From: Felis catus
Taxonomy: Eukaryota
DNA: 64,000 bases
NCBI RefSeq assembly: GCF_018350175.1
Contig: NC_058368.1
Span: 131,380,001 to 131,444,000 of the forward strand
Direction of reading: 5' to 3'
Under the pieces are notes generated by a model. That model was not told where the DNA came from. It saw only the letters and a list, made by a program, of their open reading frames with translations, and did no database searches. A program made the position numbers and the translations under genes. Of the stretch, positions 13,369 through 25,064 are shown piece after piece; position 1 is the stretch's first letter, and every line of letters begins with the position of its first letter.

Positions 13369-13770
13369 CTAGGATTAGGGTTTGGTTTAGGGCTAGGATA
13401 AGGGTTAATTTTAGGATTAGGGCCAGGGTGAAGCTATATGCCTATTGTCCTGAAGTTCAGAGATCTTTCCAGAGGGTAAGTTTAGGGTTAGGCTTACAGT
13501 TAGGGTTAGAGAGTAGTTGTTAACAGTTAGGAGTTTGGGTAGGATTAGGTTTAAAGCTAGGGTTAGAGTTATGGTGAGGATATATGCCTCATATCCTGCA
13601 GTTCAGAGACGTCTCCAGAAGTTAGGTTTCAGTTTAGAGTTAGAATTAGGGGTAGAGCTTAATTGAGGGTTTCTGGTTAGGGGTAGTGTTAGGTTTAGGC
13701 TCAGAGTTAAGATTAGGGTTAGGGTTAAGTGTTTATGCTTGGCATCCTGTACTTCAGAGACCTGCCCAGC
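13369..13770. repeat. Telomere-like satellite: degenerate TTAGGG hexamers with ~40-bp core repeated every ~146-151 bp
   Basis: Core tatatgcc...tcctg.agttcagaga..t.tccag at 13435, 13581, 13732, separated by ttaggg/ttagga/ttagag/ctaggg hexamers. Confidence 0.9.
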
Positions 13771-13934
13771 GAATAAAACCTCAGACTTCTGTCGGGGTGA
13801 GAATAAACATAGTAAGTAGACAGTATCCTGTAGTAAAGAGGGGTTTTGGTGTCTAAATGCTCTTTAAATGGAAACTCCATCAGTCTGTTTTGATCTCTGT
13901 TTTCACATCCATTTTCAGAAATACAACAAATACT

Positions 13935-14358
13935 TCTTTTTGTTAAGTATTTATTTTAATTCCAGTTAGTTAATGTACATTGTAATATTGGATTCTGATG
14001 TACAGCATAGTGATGTAACACTTCCATACAACACCCGGTGCTCATACAGCAAGTGCATTCCTTAATACCCATCACCTATTTACTATTTAACTCATTCTCC
14101 CTCCCCCCCACCCCCATCCTGGTGACCATCAGTTTGTTTTCTATAGTTAAGAGTCTATTTCTTGGTTTGCCTCTCTGTTTTTTTTTTTCTTTCCATTTGC
14201 TCATTTCTTTTGTTTTTTAAATTCCACATAGGAGTGAAATCTTACGGTATTTATCTTTTTCTGGCTTAGTTTACTTTGAATGATACTCTCTAGCTCCATC
14301 CATGTAGTTGCAAATGGCAAGATTTCAATCTGTTTTTTGTGGCTGAGTAATATTCTGC
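13935..14358 (-). mobile_element. Carnivore L1 3' UTR fragment (unit 2 of composite)
   Basis: Colinear with 12915-13320, same extent. Confidence 0.92.

Positions 14359-14422
<64 letters not shown>
14359..14422. repeat. (TG)14-TATAGA-(CA)15 self-complementary microsatellite
   Basis: Read directly. Confidence 0.97.
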
Positions 14423-14426
<4 letters not shown>

Positions 14427-14639
14427 GATTAGGGTTTGGTTTATGGCTAGAAGAGGGTTTAGGGTTAGGACCAGGGTAAGGGTATGTGCCTATTATCCTT
14501 CAATCAGAGACCTCTCCAGAGGGATATGCTGAAGATTATGGTTAGGTAAGGAGTTTGTGGTTAGTGGTTAGGGTTAGGGTTTGTGTTAGGATTAGGGTTA
14601 GAGCCAAGGTTATGGTGAGTGTATATCCCTCATATCCTA
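14423..14639. repeat. Telomere-like satellite, second block
   Basis: Starts ctaggattagggtttggttta exactly as the first block; core motif at 14483 and truncated at 14622. Confidence 0.9.
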
Positions 14640-14986
14640 CTGCTGTTAACATCTTTATACATTTCCTATCACTTCACATTTTTGTACATTTTCTGTCACA
14701 CCTTTGTACAAAATGAAGTTAAATTGCATGTTATTTTTAAAACTGTTTTTCTTTTGGTAATTATAACGTATCTTTTCATGTTGGTACATATACTCTATAA
14801 CGTTTTTTAAATAACTGAATAGTATTAAAATGTCAAAGCATATCAAAATATATTTAATTTTGGGGCAATGTTTGAGCATATTTAAATGACATACTTCTAC
14901 CTCGAGTTACTCTCTGTGTCAAGGATTGTTTCCTTAGATTACCTTGTAGAAGTAAAATGATGCCTCAGAAATCTGCAGAATTTTGT

Positions 14987-15166
14987 GGTGCCGGCGTGGC
15001 TCAGTCAGTTAAGCATCTGACTCTTGATTTCAACTCAGGTCATTATCTCACAGTTTGTGAGGTCAAGCCCCACTTGGGACTCTCTCTATAGATCATCTCC
15101 CTCTTCGTCTCCCCCTCTACCTCTCCCCACTCCCCTGTTCGTGAGCATATTTTCTGTCTCTCAAAA
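14987..15166 (+). mobile_element. Can-SINE (old, diverged)
   Basis: gtggctcagtcagttaagcatctgactcttgatttcaactcaggtcat head, CT tract. Confidence 0.88.
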
Positions 15167-15786
15167 TTGTAAGGCTGTTGATACTTACCACTGAATTGCC
15201 TTGTGGAAAGATTGTCATATGCTGTCTAACTACATGAAGTATCTTATAGACTGTGAACTATTAAAACATTTTAAGTCTTCCCATTTGGTGAAGCAATGCC
15301 ATTTTAAGATAATACTAGAAAGTAAAGCTAACTAGGGTTCAGTGATCAAAAATCATTAAAATGACATTCACAGAAATCAGAATTCTTGGAAGTATAAAAA
15401 CTGTGTGGCATAAGCTTATTTATACAATGCCTATCCTATAAATGGTATTTCTAATTTTGTAGTATTCTGCATTTATTCCTCATTTACATATGAAACAACT
15501 GGAATACAAAGAGATTTAAAATGTGCTCAATGTCCTACTATTGCTATATGGTAAAGCTATGATTCCAAACCAAATCTGTCCAATTTCAGGGTCTGTGTCT
15601 CTTCAATAGATAAGTGCAGAGTAACTGCCTCACAGCATTGTTCAAGTGATTAAATGATACATGCCCTGTCCAGTCAAGGCCTTCAGTAGTTACTGTTGAA
15701 AAAGCGAAAATAACAAATTTTTAGTAAGCCCCAGACAGTTGAGAGGGGTATAGAATACTAGGGATTGAGTTTGAAAGGCCAGTGTT

Positions 15787-15936
15787 GGGGCTCCTGGGTG
15801 GCTCATTTGGTTTAGCGTCTAACTCTGGATTTCAGCTCACGTTGTGACCTCACAGTTTCATGAGTTTGAGCCCGATGTAGGGCTCTGTTCTTGGGATTTT
15901 CTCTGTCTCACTCTTTCTGCCCCTCCCCTGCTCGTA

Positions 15937-15967
<31 letters not shown>

Positions 15968-16013
15968 TCAAAATAAATAAACGTTTTTTTAAACATCTTA
16001 AAAAAATTTAAAA
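15787..16013 (+). mobile_element. Can-SINE
   Basis: Head, CT tract, A tail; TSD gaaaggc(c/a)a(g/a)tgtt. Confidence 0.93.
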
Positions 16014-16789
16014 GAAAGGCAAATGTTACCAGTTTTCTTTGGTTTTGCCTTCCCCCCCTTTTTTTTTTCCATCTCCCAAGTAACACCAAACAGTGTAAAT
16101 TGCTGTTACAACCTTTGCATCCAGACATATTGATTTGAAGACTTTGGAAACACACTAAATCTAATTCACTAGACCCAAAAAACGGGAAAATTCACGGATC
16201 TCTTTCACTTGGTTTGCACAAAAATACCACTAAGAGTATAGATAGAATCCCTAGAGAGGCAAAAGTGGTCCTTGTGCAATTGGTGTTAAATGCTTTATGT
16301 ATACCATAACATTAGTAGTATATGTAAATGGCAATAATGATGATGATAATTGTTAGATCTCCTGTGCCCTTCTGTGCTGGGTCCTGCTCTGATTTTTTTA
16401 TAGGTACTGTCATTTCATTGGATCTGCCTTTGGCTCAGGCTAGTTGGTGTAGCATTGGTAATAGACATTGTGGGAACTACAGTGGGTGGGAGCTACTTGT
16501 TCAGTAAAGGTCAGTATTTGGCCCCAGGAAAAGGAATTGATGAGACTCTTTAGTTCATTCTCAATAGATTGAGGCTGTACTTTGTTCAGTACATCCTAGT
16601 TTTCCTAACAGTTCGTTTTTGAACAAACATCTATTTACCTAAATATTTTAAGCTTACATTTTTGGCTCCTGATGGTTCCATATGCTTGTTATACTTTAAG
16701 TATGTTAATTTATTCATACTTCAATTTATGTCTTTCAAATTTTAAAGAATGACCTCTAGTTCTAGTTTTTGGAGGTCAGAATAAGGTAA

Positions 16790-16960
16790 TGGTGATAAGC
16801 ATGGGATCTGGACCTGACTTTGGCTTTTAATCTTACCTTATCATCTATTGTTTAACCAGCTTCTCTGTGTGACTCCCTTTCTTTGCTAAAATGGGGTTAT
16901 TAATACTACCCCTCTTATACAGTGGCTGTGAGGATTTCATGAGCTAATAAATGTGAAGCA
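16790..16960 (+). mobile_element. MIR SINE
   Basis: aaaatggggttattaatactacccctcttatacagtggctgtgaggatttcatgagctaataaatgtgaagca core. Confidence 0.7.
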
Positions 16961-16999
16961 GTTGGATCAAACACTTAAAGAAAAAAAGAAGCAACAATA

Positions 17000-17130
17000 G
17001 GGGCATCTTGGTGACTCAGTTGGTTAAGCATCTGACTTCAGCTCAGGTCATGATTTCACAGTTGGTGAGTTCAAGCCCGGGTCGGGCTCCACACTGAGAA
17101 TGTGGAGCTTGCTTGGGATTCTCTCTTTCC

Positions 17131-17174
<44 letters not shown>

Positions 17175-17238
17175 TCCTCCCCCACTGTGTACATGCTTTC
17201 TCCCTCTCTCAAAATAAATAAACTTAAAAAAAAAAAAA
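17000..17238 (+). mobile_element. Can-SINE
   Basis: Head, long (CT)n, aaataaataaacttaaaa tail. Confidence 0.94.
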
Positions 17239-17664
17239 CAACAACACATGAAGTTAGCTATAATAGCAATAGGTAATCAATATAATATAATCAGTATAAT
17301 ATAATAATGGAGAACCAATAATAATCCTTAATGATAAGTAGCTCCCAATATTCTTGCTTTAAGACTTTTTACTTTTTAAGTAAATGTTTGTTTTGATTGT
17401 CTGAGAGAAAGCATTTATAGGGAATTTGCCCTTAACCACTATCTTGAGCAATGCGATAATACTTCAGAAGGAGTCTAACCAAGAGAGGGACTCTTGAGGG
17501 AGGAAATGCCTAAATATACTCCTTCTCCCTAATATGAAAAAAAAAAGTGAAGTGATTAGAGTAATTAATTTGAGATCATGAAGTCTACTATTCACATTTA
17601 AATTATTTAATATATATGTGTTCTAAATTATGTTTTGAAATTTACATGTAGATGGTAAACTTAA

Positions 17665-17887
17665 GGGGCGCCTGGTGGCTCAGTCAGTTAAGTGTCTAAC
17701 TCTTGATTTTGGCTCAGATCACGACCTCACAGTTAGTGGGGTCGAACCCCATGTCAAGCTTCTGCACTGACTGTATGTGGAGCCTGCTTGGGATTCTGTC
17801 TCTCCTTCTCTCTGCCCCTCTCCTGGTCATGCTCTCTCACCCGTGCTCTCTCAAAATAAATAAACTTAAAAAAAAAAAAAACAGAAA
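17665..17887 (+). mobile_element. Can-SINE
   Basis: TSD gtaaacttaa (17655-17664, 17888-17897). Confidence 0.95.
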
Positions 17888-18114
17888 GTAAACTTAATTT
17901 GTATCATTGTAGAGTGTACATAACAAAAATTTGGTTTCATTTTATAAAAACAGAAGAATTACTTGGCGTCTTCGTTTCCTGTATATAAATGCCTGGTCTG
18001 AGCCACCATGGAGTGGCATCATTTATTATGATATGCACGACAGCTCCTTGCAGCCAGTGACTATTTTTTCATTCATGTTTTTACCTGGCCTCTATTAGGA
18101 CCTAAATAAATATT

Positions 18115-18334
18115 TAAAAAAAAATTTTTTTTAACGTTTATTTATTTTTGAGACAGAGAGAGACAGAGCATGAACGGGGGAGGGGCAGAGAGAGAGGGAG
18201 ACACAGAATCGGAAACAGGCTCCAGGCTCTGAGCCATCAGCCCGGAGCCCGACGCGGGGCTCGAACTAATGGACCGCGAGATCGTGACCTGGCTGAAGTC
18301 GGACCCTTAACCAACTGAGCCACCCAGGCGCCCC
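18115..18334 (-). mobile_element. Can-SINE (young SINEC_Fc)
   Basis: Perfect 18-bp TSD aggacctaaataaatatt (18097-18114, 18335-18352); CpG-rich. Confidence 0.98.
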
Positions 18335-18832
18335 AGGACCTAAATAAATATTAATCACATCTGGTAAAGGAGAAGAATACTTGAAAGGCAGTGGAATGTC
18401 ACTTTTGAGAAAAGTAAAATGCATTATTGCTTTTCAAGTATAGGAAATAGTACAGCATGTGCCACTGTAAGGAAATCTAACAGCTTGATTTTTAGATGTT
18501 TTCTTACAGTTGCTGCATATATATCCTGAATGAGCCTGAGTAAAGACCCAGATAAATACAGCTTCGTTTATACCTTTATTTGAGGGTATAAACTGTTTCC
18601 TAGATACTCAGATACAGGGAATATAACTGACAGGAAATTTTCTTTTTAAATATTAAATCTTTATTTTTCTTTAAAATATCAAGTTCCTCCAGACTGGTCT
18701 ATGCATATTATATTCAAAACCTTTAAAATAACATTGAGTTTCTAGTCTGTCTTGAGTTCTTATTCAGATACATTAAATGTTTTTTCAGCCATGTCCCATT
18801 GTTGAAAACTTAGATTGTTTACACATTTTCTT

Positions 18833-19063
18833 GGGGCGCCTGGGTGGCTGAGTTGGTTAAGCATCCAACTTCAGCTGAAGTCATGGTCTTACGGTTTGTG
18901 AATTAGAGACCTGCGTTGGGCTCTGTGCTGACAGCTCAGAGCCTGGAGCCTGCTTCGGATTGTGTCTCCCTCTTTCTCTGCTTCTCCCCAGCTTACACTA
19001 ATGTCTGTCTGTCTGTCTGTCTCTCTCAAAAATAAACAAATGTTTTTTAAAAATTTTAAAAAA
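18833..19063 (+). mobile_element. Can-SINE
   Basis: ggggcgcctgggtggctga head, CT/(CTGT)n, A tail. Confidence 0.95.
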
Positions 19064-19110
19064 AGAATTTACTATTGCTTCTCCTGACAGTTAAATGTAA
19101 CAGTATGTTT

Positions 19111-19325
19111 AAAAAAAATTTTTTTTAGTGTATTTCTTTTGAGAGAGAGTGAGCGAACATGAGTGGTGGAGGGGCAGAGAAAGAGGGAGAGGCAGAATCC
19201 TAAGCAGGCTTCGTGCTGTCAGTGCAGAGCCCCAATGCGTGGCTCGATCTCACGAACTGTGACATCATGACCTGCGCTGAAACCAAGAGTCGGACACTCA
19301 ACCGACTGAGCCATCCAGGTGCCCC
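19111..19325 (-). mobile_element. Can-SINE
   Basis: TSD aacagtatgttt (19099-19110, 19326-19337). Confidence 0.96.
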
Positions 19326-19429
19326 AACAGTATGTTTTACAGAAAATATTTGAGTACTCTTCTGACCCTTGTAGTGTAGTTCTCATAACAGCATTGTAGG
19401 GGTAGGGAATTTATAAAACGATGTGTGTT

Positions 19430-19600
19430 AGGGTTTGCCATAGAAGTGGGATCTACAAACAAGTAGCATCAGCCTCACCTGAGAACTTGTTAAAAGTATA
19501 CTATCCTAGACCCCACTCTTCCTACTCAGTCAGAATCTGCATTTTAATTAGTTCCCCCAGGTGATTCTTGTGTTCAAGCCACATAGGTTTGAGAGTCTTT
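19430..19600. mobile_element. MER5A-like hAT-Charlie fossil
   Basis: agcatcagcctcacctgagaacttgttaaaa...tcagaatctgcattttaattagttcccccaggtgattctt. Confidence 0.75.
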
Positions 19601-20844
19601 GCTTTAGGCTGTTTTGTACCCAGCTCTCACTTGTCACTTATAGAGAACTCACTTTGCTCCTCATACTAATTGCTTTTGCTGTATGTTGCATTTTCCTGTC
19701 TGCTAGAAAATACTGCCCTTTCTTTTTTATGTGTCTGGCTCAAAACAAGAATAGAATCTATTTTATAAGGCAATTGTCTTTTAAAGTATTGTTCCTCACT
19801 TGAGTTAGAAGCTATTGTATTGATTGTGGCATTTTAGAGCAAACTGAATTATTAATTTGGCTTCATTTGGCTAACAGAAACATTTTAAAATCTGAGATCT
19901 TATGAAACATGGTGCCCTCTGTCATAGAACTGTTATCTTTCTCTTAAAGATATGCTAGTGCTAATGAATATTTTATAATGTATCTGCCTGGATATAAATA
20001 AATAACAGTCATCTTAAAAACAAGCATTATATTTATCTGGGCTTACTTTGCAAATTCATTGTTTCAAGGACAACAAATGTACATTTAAAATAAGAAACAT
20101 GATAAAAGTTTTACTTGATATTACAATTTTCTGCTGAGTATAATAAAATGTTTTTAGATGTTATCTTTTCAAACCTTAGATGAAACTCCTAAAGTACTAT
20201 TCATCCATCAGAACATACAGGTATTCCTCACTGTTTAACCTCAGGAAACAAATAGCTTTGAACACATTTTTTGGAGATCTATATTTTCTTTGTGTATTTT
20301 CTTTCATTCCTCACTATCTGAACTCAGGAGCCACATAGGTTTAAATAGCAAGTGCTTCTTGTATTCTTCTTACACATTAAATGCACATAGGATTATAATA
20401 TTTAGAAGTCTTTGACAGTTAGCTTTCCACAAAATGTTAACCTCTGTTTCTATAGTATATTAAATATAGAAATACTCTAAATTGTGCCCTCTTTTTGGAC
20501 GCTCAAAATATAGATCAGTCTGGATGGATCCTCTATGAAATAAGTGTGTGTTAAATCTTGCTTAAGCCAATATTGCTAACATGCTAAATGACAAGGACCA
20601 ACAGGCCATATGCCAAAATGATGAGGCCATATTGTGTTTAGAGACTGTGAGAGCCTTAACCAGTAGGAGCCTCAGATCCCTCATTTGTAAACTCAGTTTT
20701 GAGTTAAAAATACTGACGTGTATTGGAGTGCCTGATACACTGTCACTGGTTTTATATTTCCAGTGGAAACTTGGTGACAGGGCTAGCTCAGCCAGTGATT
20801 ATTCACTAAAAGTGAGATCTACTCTAACACCCCACCCTGATACT

Positions 20845-21250
20845 CTGCCTTCTCTCTGATGGCATCACTGATCACTTGTGCCCTCGTTCACTCAGCTATA
20901 GCCACACTGTTCGCTTTATTGTCTGTTGTGCACACCAAGTGCTTGTTCCTTCTGCCTGGAAGAGTCTGCCCTCAGGTAACCACGTGAGTCTGTGATCTCT
21001 TTCATAACTCTACTCAGATGTCACTTCCTGAGAGAGACCTATTTGATTACCCTAAGTGACCTGCCTACACCACATATACATAACTCTATTTTCTTAAAGT
21101 TTATTTTTTTTGTGGTACTTACCGTCGCCTGATATATATTTATTTTATTGTTTCAGTTACCCCCTAGATTATAAGCTCCACAAGAAAAAGGTCTTTTTAG
21201 GTTGAGTTTATTGTTGTACACATAGGAATTCAATAAGAATGAACAAATGC
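20845..21250 (+). mobile_element. L2 LINE 3' fragment
   Basis: ctcagctatagccacactg...gttccttctgcctggaa...ctagattataagctccac...tcaataagaatgaacaaatg. Confidence 0.7.
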
Positions 21251-21349
21251 ATGTTATTTTACCAAGTATGTAGAAATAGATTTCTATTTGGGCCTCTCCC
21301 AGTTTATTTTTAACATCAGACATATAATTTTGGAACTATATCAAATGCA

Positions 21350-21720
21350 ATTGTGGCAGACATTGTTAGTTCGCTAATTTAGCACCTGTTTCCAGCCACC
21401 TTCTTCCTTGCCTGCCTTTCCTATGGAGGACCCCCAAAATAAAACAAACCCTAGAAACAAACTCTGCCATTCTCCCCTTTAACTAGGACTGTGTGGCATA
21501 ATTCAGATCAATGGAAAATAAGCAGATTCCTCCAAGACCTCTAGGAAAAGCGCTTTTTTGTGTCCACAAGGGACCAATGTGTCTGCTCTAGACACTTCTC
21601 CTTCCTGTCTTCAGAACACAGTGCCTAGAGCTGTGGAAACCATCTTGCAACCCACACTTTCGGACTTCTTAGTGTTTGTTAAACAGTTATTCTGTTTATT
21701 ACATATGATAAGGTTGCTTA
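21350..21720 (+). mobile_element. MaLR LTR (old MLT1 type)
   Basis: tgtggcagacattgttagtt start; gcctagagctgtggaaaccatcttgcaacc motif. Confidence 0.55.
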
Positions 21721-23539
21721 ACTCATACAAAATCTGCATGAAGAAGGTAAGGAAGTTCATTGCCTGACACACATACATGATTCTGAAGCAACTTTTATTA
21801 CATTAATTTATGCCTTTGAATATTAAGGCTGAGGAACAGTCACACTCTAAATATTTTTAACCACCTAATGAATTTGATATTCTTATTTTCAGTGTTATAC
21901 TACATTGTAAATTAAGGTTGTAAAAAAATTAGTTTTTCTTTCCTAGAGCTGTAGTTATCAGTTACATAATTTAAGAAGTACAGAAGTCTCACTGCAACAG
22001 GTAATCTTATGAACTGTTTACTGAGCCTCTCCTCCTCTGTGCCCCTCCTTATTTTTCCAACACTGTTCAGCTGGCTGCTTTCTGTCGATGCATTGTCCAC
22101 AACTAGAGGGCAAACAATTCAGAAAAAAAAAATCAATGAGGTAGATTTTCTGGGTTTTTTGCTTGTTTATTTGTTTTATTGTTTATAGTGATACATTGCT
22201 TTTAATTCTTTGAAAAAACCATAGTTTTGAAAGCAAATGTTCTTGAATTGTAAGAACTAGGCTTCTTGACAGAAAAAGAGTTTTGAGAGAATCCAAAGAA
22301 TAGTCTTAAAGGAGTTAAACATCAACTTTATGCCATAAACAATTGATTGAAAAGGAAACTGATATAGAAGCTTTTCTTATACTTAGCAGATAAAAATCTT
22401 CCTTATATTAGGGGAAGGAGACCTGCCCTCCCCACCTGGAGCCAGTATTGGCTCCCCTCCCACTGAGATTCCCTGATTCACGTGAGCTCTGAGACTCCCT
22501 AAGTCCTCTGAAGGATCAAGACTGAAAGAAGAGAAAGACATGATATAAGGACAGAATCCTGACTCTCGGCCACAAGAAGCTGAGCCTTAAACTGGGGATG
22601 AATGATTTGCCCTGATCATTGTCCTAATCTACACAGAGGAAATGAGAGCTAAATAGACAGGTTAGATTCACTTGCTTCGAAAACATTGTGTTTTTTGTCC
22701 GTATGAATTCAGTGACCTTGAAATTTATACTTGCTAGACTATAAACATGAAGCTCTACACTTCTATTCTAGAAGTTTTTCTTTCTTAATGCCAAAAGTTT
22801 AAGGTATGTCAGTGGATTTTAAGTGTCCTGTAGAATTTTTTATGATAAATTTGCATTTGAACTTTCACTTCGTATAAATTTTTCACATCATTTATATCCG
22901 CCTTGTCATTTAGCTATCATAACTGAAGTAATATTCTCTGTTAAATTACTGGAATACTAATATTTCTTTTTCTTCAAGGAAAAAGTTAAAAACTTGACAT
23001 TTTCGCAGGTAACTCTTGTACTTTTGAGGAAATAAGGTAAAATTTGATCCCCTAGGGTTTAACATTTTTGTTGCTAAGATATTTCTCAGGGTGCAGTTTT
23101 TCAATCTGTAAAAAATACTCTCTGACTGAGGACTCTAATGTGTTTTATTTCTTCCATGAACCTGGCAAATGCAGTTGAGTCCTAGAAGTTACATAGACAG
23201 GGTAAAATGAAAGTCTGTAAGATCGTAGAGTAAAAGTTGTAGTTAGTACTGGCGGATCTTTCACTTTTCTCTCCTCTCTATCTTCAAAGTGCTTTTATTA
23301 AGAGACGCTTTCCTCATAACCCCTGTGTGCACTTATAAAAGGAGGGAGAAACCCCGAGTTACAATAATACAGACATATTTGACTTTTAAACAAATTTGAT
23401 ATATCAGAATCTGAATTTATATTATGGCTGAAATACGGGCAATTTTTTTTTCTTTTGCTTAAGTATTTCCTATAGGTTTCCTTGAAATAGCAAACTTCTG
23501 TAACCTAACAAAAATAGACATTTTCTGTCAACCAAGTAT

Positions 23540-24275
23540 AGTTGTCTTCATCTTACCAAGTATAGTTGTCTTTATATGTCCTGAATCCATTCTTTTTCAT
23601 CTTCCAGCAGTAATGAAACATCACTGTCACTTGCCTCGTCCACCGCGCCAACTCACTTTATCTTCCTGCTACTGTTCTTGCTGCCCTTCCCTGCTATCCA
23701 CTCCCTGCCCAACATCTTAGTAGCCAGATGACTCAGATCATGTTTCTCCCCTGTATGAAAATGTCCTGTGGCTTCCCATTGCCATATAATGGCAATGCCA
23801 TAGAAGAAAATAAGAATTCCTCATCACAGTGTGAGGACTCTAGTGATTTGCCCCTACTCTAGCTTGAGTTCTTGACTCCCCCAAAGCTTGCTTACTTCAT
23901 TTTGACTACCCTAGCCTTCTCGATGTTTCCTAGTTATGTTCAAACATAGCCCCACCTTCAGACTTTTCCTCTGCCCTTTATCATTCTCTACCTGGCTGGC
24001 TCTGCTTGTTTTTGTCAACTGCTGCATTCTCAGAGAGGCCTTTTCTAACCACTCATAGCTCTCAACTCTCGGTTTTCTTTTCTTGATAGTACTTATCTTT
24101 ACTTGCAAGTATCTTACTTTTTCATTTGTTTACTTGTATATTACCTCTCCTTTTCATTAGAAGGTAATCTTTGTGGCAGAGAATTATTATATTTTTTGCT
24201 CCTGTAACCCTAGCGCATAGAACTTTGCCTGACTCATTACAGTGCCCGGCCTAATAAATATTAATTGAATGAGTA
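23540..24275 (+). mobile_element. L2 LINE 3' fragment
   Basis: Pyrimidine-rich body; ends taataaatattaattgaatgagt. Confidence 0.7.
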
Positions 24276-24377
24276 AGTTCTGGGTATGTAGCTGAAAAGA
24301 GAAAATATATGTAAAGTACTGATTATAAATCAAACCATTGAAAAAGCATTAAGCATAAAGTCTATTGGTTATTTAAT

Positions 24378-24566
24378 GGGGTGCCTGGGTGGCTCAGTCG
24401 GTTAAGCATCCGACTTCAGCTCAGTTCATGATCTCACTGTTTGTAGGTTCAGGCCCTGCATCAGAGCCTGGAGACTGCTTCAGATTCTGTGTCTCCTTTT
24501 CTGCCTGTCCCCTCCCACTCATGCTCTGTCTCTCTCTCTCTCAAAAATAAACATTAAAAAAAATTT
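24378..24566 (+). mobile_element. Can-SINE with internal deletion
   Basis: Head intact; the gctctgtgctgacagct segment is absent. Confidence 0.94.
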
Positions 24567-25064
24567 AGTGCTATTTACTTTATAAATATCTTTTTCTTTT
24601 TTTCACATTAATACATTAGTGAGCATAGCATGCTTACCTGGGAAACCTCTTGGCCTGCCAGTCTCCATGCTGGCAGGCTCCATGCTGCAGCCAGGGTGAT
24701 CTTTACAAAACAGAGAAACCTACTCCCTTAGAAACCTTCCATAGATTTATTTCTCTTAGGATGAATATCTAACATGGTTAGAGAAGCACAGCCTGGTAAA
24801 CATCCATGTGCCTCTCTAGCATCACCCTGTTGCACTCTCCACTAGATCCCTGTTCCTTCCCCTGGGCCTTTTTAACCTCTGCCTGGACCCCTTAGCACCT
24901 CCTTCCCCATTTTGCCTTTTGAATCCTGCTCATCCTTCTTAAGTCAGCTAAAGGATCCCTTCCTTGGAAATCTTTCTGCCTCCACCAAATTAGATCAGGT
25001 TCCTTTGTAATTTGCCTCAGGGATCATATTTCTTTCAGAGCGTTTATCTCAATATTCATCACTA

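Noticed and set aside
13369..14639. CRISPR-like repeat-spacer array, or a true telomere/fusion site
   Set aside because: Mammalian DNA with no cas genes; the spacers are themselves related hexamer repeats; at most two perfect TTAGGG in a row and no head-to-head inversion.
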